DNA from: Chrysomallon squamiferum
Lineage: Eukaryota > Animalia > Mollusca
Length of the DNA stretch: 64,000 nucleotides
Reading direction: 5' to 3'
Assembly: GCA_012295275.1 (NCBI GenBank)
Contig: CM022668.1
Span: forward strand, 10,230,001 to 10,294,000
The notes below the pieces were generated by a model. The model made no database searches. It was given only the letters and a program-made list of their open reading frames with translations, and was not told the origin of the DNA. Position 1 is the stretch's first letter; the number at the start of each line of letters is the position of its first letter. The position numbers and the translations under genes were made by a program. Shown piece after piece: positions 59,449 to 64,000 of this stretch.

Positions 59449-62121
59449 TGATGATGATAATCATCCTGATCGATGATGATGATTATACCACTCCTAACAA
59501 TACTAATAATAATGGTTGATAAATCCTTATTTCTTACTATTTAGTTTGTTCCCTCTTTTTCTCTCTCTCTCTGTATGTATGTATGTGTATGTGTGTGTGT
59601 GTGTGTATATAAATACGTGTGTACGTATATGTTTTGTGTATATATATATATATATCCTTTATATATATATATATAATTTATAAAAGCAAACAAACAAAAT
59701 TAAATAAAATGATTTCACAACGTTAATTTTAACATTCTAAAGTTGCATTTTCATCAAGATAACATTTTAATATTTTATCTTATTTCAGTCTGAAATTTTC
59801 TTCAAGAAAACGTTCTAATTTTTTATTTTATTTATTTCTGAAATCTCAGTACCTGAGCTAGCTGCCTGACAGTCTTCTTGCCCATAAGTATTGAAGATTT
59901 GTCTTTAGAATATCTTTCTACGTAGTCAGAAACAGACATACTGGTCAGTCCGTACTTGACAATCTCAACCATCACATTGAATATGTGTTCATACTGACTC
60001 TGTAGTGAAATTAATAAGTTAGTTTAATTTATAATTAGTTCACAGTAATTGAATATGTGTTCATACTTACTCTATAGTGAAATTAATGTTAGTTTAATTT
60101 ATAATTAGTTCACAGTAATTGAATATGTGTTCATACTGACTCTGTAGTGAAATTAATAAGTTAGTTTAATATATAATTAGTTCACAGTAACTGATAAACA
60201 GAAATTGTATCTGTTGTTCACTCTCACTTACTCACTCACTCACTCAAAAACGCATTCTAAATTATTTATTCTTGTTTCTTTCTTACATTATACTCATTGA
60301 CTGAACTAAACTTTATTTACACTCTGGCCTTTATTCAACACAGTGAATAATATAAATACATAACTAACAAGCCGGAATATATGTTGTAATAATGATGTAT
60401 GTATGTATTAAAACACGTATATATCAATAGAAGCGAACTTGTATCTACAGACAAACAGCCTAAATAAAATTCATAACAACACATATTTTAGTCTTGAGAT
60501 TTATGAATAATCACAATCATTTGCATCAATCCTGAAGCTTTCTAAGGCAATTATTTTTGTTTTTTAAATAACGTTTTAAATTGACGAACATTTCGTCCAT
60601 TTTATAAATACTTTATCAGAAGACTTTTTCTTTCTTCTTGAAAAAAACAAGAAGAAGAACAGAACATGAAAATAATAATCTCATCACCAATTTCAGTATT
60701 TGAAAATAAAGAGTAAATTATATTTGTCAACGTTATGTGTTCCCTTCTCCTTTTTCAATGAGGTGATACTGATTCGAGAGTCAAAATGTATTAATGAAAA
60801 TCCAGTGTTCTTATCGAGACCATTTAGTTATGTCTTGAATCACAGTATTTGATTTAAACAGTTTGTAACAAGATGCATGTATGAGTTTTTATACCCTGAT
60901 TACAAAAATAACGTGTAACAGATCTGTGTCTATTTTTTCTTTATGTTTGGTTATACCGTATACAGCATCATGAAAACTAGGTTTAACAAATTACACAAAC
61001 AGTCTTCATTCCATTTAGGTTTTCATTTCCTAACAAAACAATCAAACACCAAGAAATTGAATCATCCATGGAACCAAGGGAACATCCTTTAAGGAAAGAC
61101 TAAACAGTGATTTCTGAGATTGTAGTCAAGCAGTCAAACGGATTAGTCGACAGTATAAACAGTCTACCAACAAACCAGCCAAAGGAATCACTCACCAAGC
61201 AAACACTTGAATCTAGCAACCAACCATCAAGAAACCAGTTAGATAGAAAACCGAACAACCAATCGTCTACCAACCAAAGGAATAGCCAGCAAAAAAGCAC
61301 TCAAAAAACAAAAAACGTATTCAGAATTAGTTCACCAGCCAGTTATGTGACCTTTCAACACCAAGCAAGTCACAACTTACTCAGTCACTCACTCTAACTT
61401 ACATGAGTCTGCACCATGTTTTTTCTTTGCTCTCTGAGTCTTGTCATCACACCAAGTATGTTGATTCTGCCAGTTTTCATCTCGTCTGTGAGAATGTGTA
61501 AAGCAATGTACGTCCCTGTACGTCCTATTCCAGCACTGTGCAAAACAGGTTTAAGTTATTAGTCTTAAAAAAACAGCTATTCAATAAGCTAAACTATCTA
61601 TATGTCTTTCGCCATTTACCTATATCTCTGTCTGTCGTGTCGATATAAATATATAGATATATATCCTTTATGCATCTCTATTTTATTAGTAGTATTAGTA
61701 TTAGTATTAACATTAGTATTAGTATTATGCACACCTACCTACAGTGTACCAGGACTGGACCTGGTCTTGGAGGACTCGTCTCTTTGGTGAGCCAGAAAAA
61801 GTCGAGAATATCCACGGCTTTGGGAACCCCATGATCAGGCCAAGACGTGAAGTGAAAGTGATCAAACGTCTTCGTCTTTCTTGTCTGTGGAATACAAGAA
61901 TAACTGAATCACAGCATTCAACAGGTTCTTTATTATAGTAGAACATAATTACAGATAAGTGATAAGGTATGGAAGCATGCCTCATTATTATGTCTACGTC
62001 CTGTAGTGCCTACAGAACACAGTGCCTTCTGTAAATTCATAATTAGTTGATGAAATTTGTAAAGACCAATACAAAGATGATGACAACAACAGCAATGATA
62101 ATAATGGTGATAATGAAGTTT

Positions 62122-62169
<48 letters not shown>

Positions 62170-62342
62170 CATGATGATGATAATAAAAACGAAGATAGTG
62201 AAAATGATGATAACAATAATAATAACATCTGTAATAATGATGGTGATGATAAATATGGAGTTGACAAAAACAAATGAATGTAGATGATAAAACAGCAGCA
62301 TCAACAGCAACAATAATAACAACCACAATAACAACAGTAATA

Positions 62343-62390
<48 letters not shown>

Positions 62391-62883
62391 TGTAATGATG
62401 GTGATGAAGATGATAATGATGATGATGAAGATGACAGATTATTACCTTCCTCTGTGTGACTTGGATTTTCCTAGTCGTGTAATTAGCTCGTACATTTACT
62501 TCTGTGACAACGACATCGAAAAATTCCACAGTCAGTTTATTCTGATCATTCCAGTACGGTTCACATTTATGCTGCAAAATAAATAAATAAATAAATAAAA
62601 ATAAATAAATAAATAAGTAAATAAATAAATAAATAAATAAATAGATAAATAAAAAAATAAATAATAAGATTTCAAGACATTTTAAAAGTCTACTACAATG
62701 AATATAAAAGATGTAGTAGTAGTAATAGTAGTGGTGTACGAGTGGTGCTGTAGCACTGGTGGAAGAAGTAGTACTAGTATTATAGTAGTATTAATAGTAG
62801 TAAGTAAAGAAATAAATAAGTCAATAAATAATTTTGAAATATGACAGAAAAAATATAATAAAATGTAAAGTCATTTTAAAAGC

Positions 62884-62946
<63 letters not shown>

Positions 62947-63807
62947 GATACTCAAATAGATAGATAGATAAATAGACAGATTAAAAGACAGATTGATAGA
63001 TAGATAAAGAGATACAGAAACAAAGAAAATGTAACTACATTTAAAAATAATTAAAACCACAGACCTTTCCTTCTTCAATGAGATTTGTCAACATAACAAT
63101 TTGTCCGCAGTCTTGTTCCCAGATCATCCTCCAAAAGTCTGGCAAAGTCACCTTGTTTGGTGCTATAAACAAAAAACAGTTAATAAGGCAGACAAGTTTA
63201 TTTCTTTTTCAGCAGTCTAGAACGTAGGTTTTCAATCTGGGGGTCGCCATCCTTTCTTCTGGTGGTCGCGAGATCGTTCTTGGGCGAGGGTATGCTTTAG
63301 CTTTTCTTCAACTTGACTTGGAAGGAGGAATAAATAAAAACGTGTAGATTGGTTTGGGACCCGTCATAGTGAACACTGATTCCTTTGGTACTGACTTGGT
63401 TGATGAAAATATGCTAACCCTAGATATTATTGAATCAAACATTTTAAAGGGGATTTTTGGTCATATTGTGTTGCTCAGATGGGGTTGCGGTATGAAAAAG
63501 GTTGAAAATCAGTGGTCCAAAACGATATGAAACGATATAAAGGTAGTGTTCCACGAAGATATAATATCAGTGATCCAGTGAGTATAATGAATGGAAGTCA
63601 AGTTTGATAAGTAAGAATAGTATTTTATTATCGTATGGTATCGTATCTATCTATCTCTCTCTCTATCTATCTATTTATCTATCTATCTATGTATCTATTG
63701 AAATATATATTTGTCTGTCTGTAAATGCTCAAATATATAAATAGCTAACTGAACAGATACATTATCTTACCTTGAGAAGCTATGAAGTATTTTTTCTTTT
63801 CATAACC
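54658..63807 (-). CDS. Gene D: RPTP paralog, PTP D1/D2 portion; 5' part lies beyond the window
   Basis: Exons 63771-63807, 63065-63162, 62446-62571, 61739-61884, 61403-61535, 59853-59999, 59367-59397, 58752-58816, 57836-57952, 56914-57039, 55683-55840, 55157-55295, 54658-54765. WPDHG and [11 protein letters not shown] intact; no lesions seen. Confidence 0.9.
58147..58459. mobile_element. MITE, Tc1/mariner-pogo type, 313 bp (same insertion site as 35999-36311)
   Basis: Same TIRs and TA flanks, at the same intron position in gene D. Confidence 0.85.
59977..60195. repeat. Same 72-bp splice-acceptor repeat, 3 copies in gene D
   Basis: Three units, the middle one slightly mutated. Confidence 0.88.
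63223..63514. mobile_element. Old hAT (Charlie-like) MITE in a gene D intron
   Basis: Degenerate TIRs (GGTTTTCAATC ... GGTTGAAAATCAGTG), GGGGTCGC/GGGGTTGC subterminal motifs, imperfect TSD GTCTAGAA/GTCCAAAA. Absent from the gene A intron. Confidence 0.55.
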
Positions 63808-64000
63808 CTGTGAAAAAAGGAAAAAAAACATTATATATATATATATATATATATATTCGCATACATGGACATATACATGCATGTACGTGTGAGTCTGTAC
63901 ATATTTATATATGTATAAGTATTTATGTATGTATACATAAATATATGTATGCATGATGTATAGATGTTTGAGTAAGATTAGTTTTTATATGTGTGTGTAT

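Overview
AT-rich, microsatellite-dense eukaryotic DNA, probably from a mollusc or other lophotrochozoan (inference). Most ORF-track entries are microsatellite artefacts; the real content is spliced. Positions 248-7485 hold two apparently identical 2407-bp Buster-type hAT transposons in inverted orientation. They have different 8-bp TSDs and share one transposase frameshift. Positions 8.5-64 kb are a minus-strand tandem cluster of multi-exon receptor genes that I reconstructed exon by exon from GT-AG boundaries and phases. Gene A (30584->8467, 31 exons) encodes signal peptide - EGF - F-type lectin (FTP) - 9 EGF-like repeats - TM - an intact PTP D1 - a degenerate PTP D2. Genes B (interrupted by an N gap) and D (runs off the window) are near-identical PTP paralogs. 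Gene C (52578->42476) has the same ectodomain family but a different TM and a PTP-less tail with four YxN motifs. The best candidate for a novel system is a paired lectin-EGF receptor cluster (phosphatase receptor plus tyrosine-motif receptor) with a hypervariable lectin domain, an exon-modular stalk and tandemly duplicated splice sites. Caveats: A and C carry lesions as assembled, and the N gap allows the two halves to be different haplotypes.
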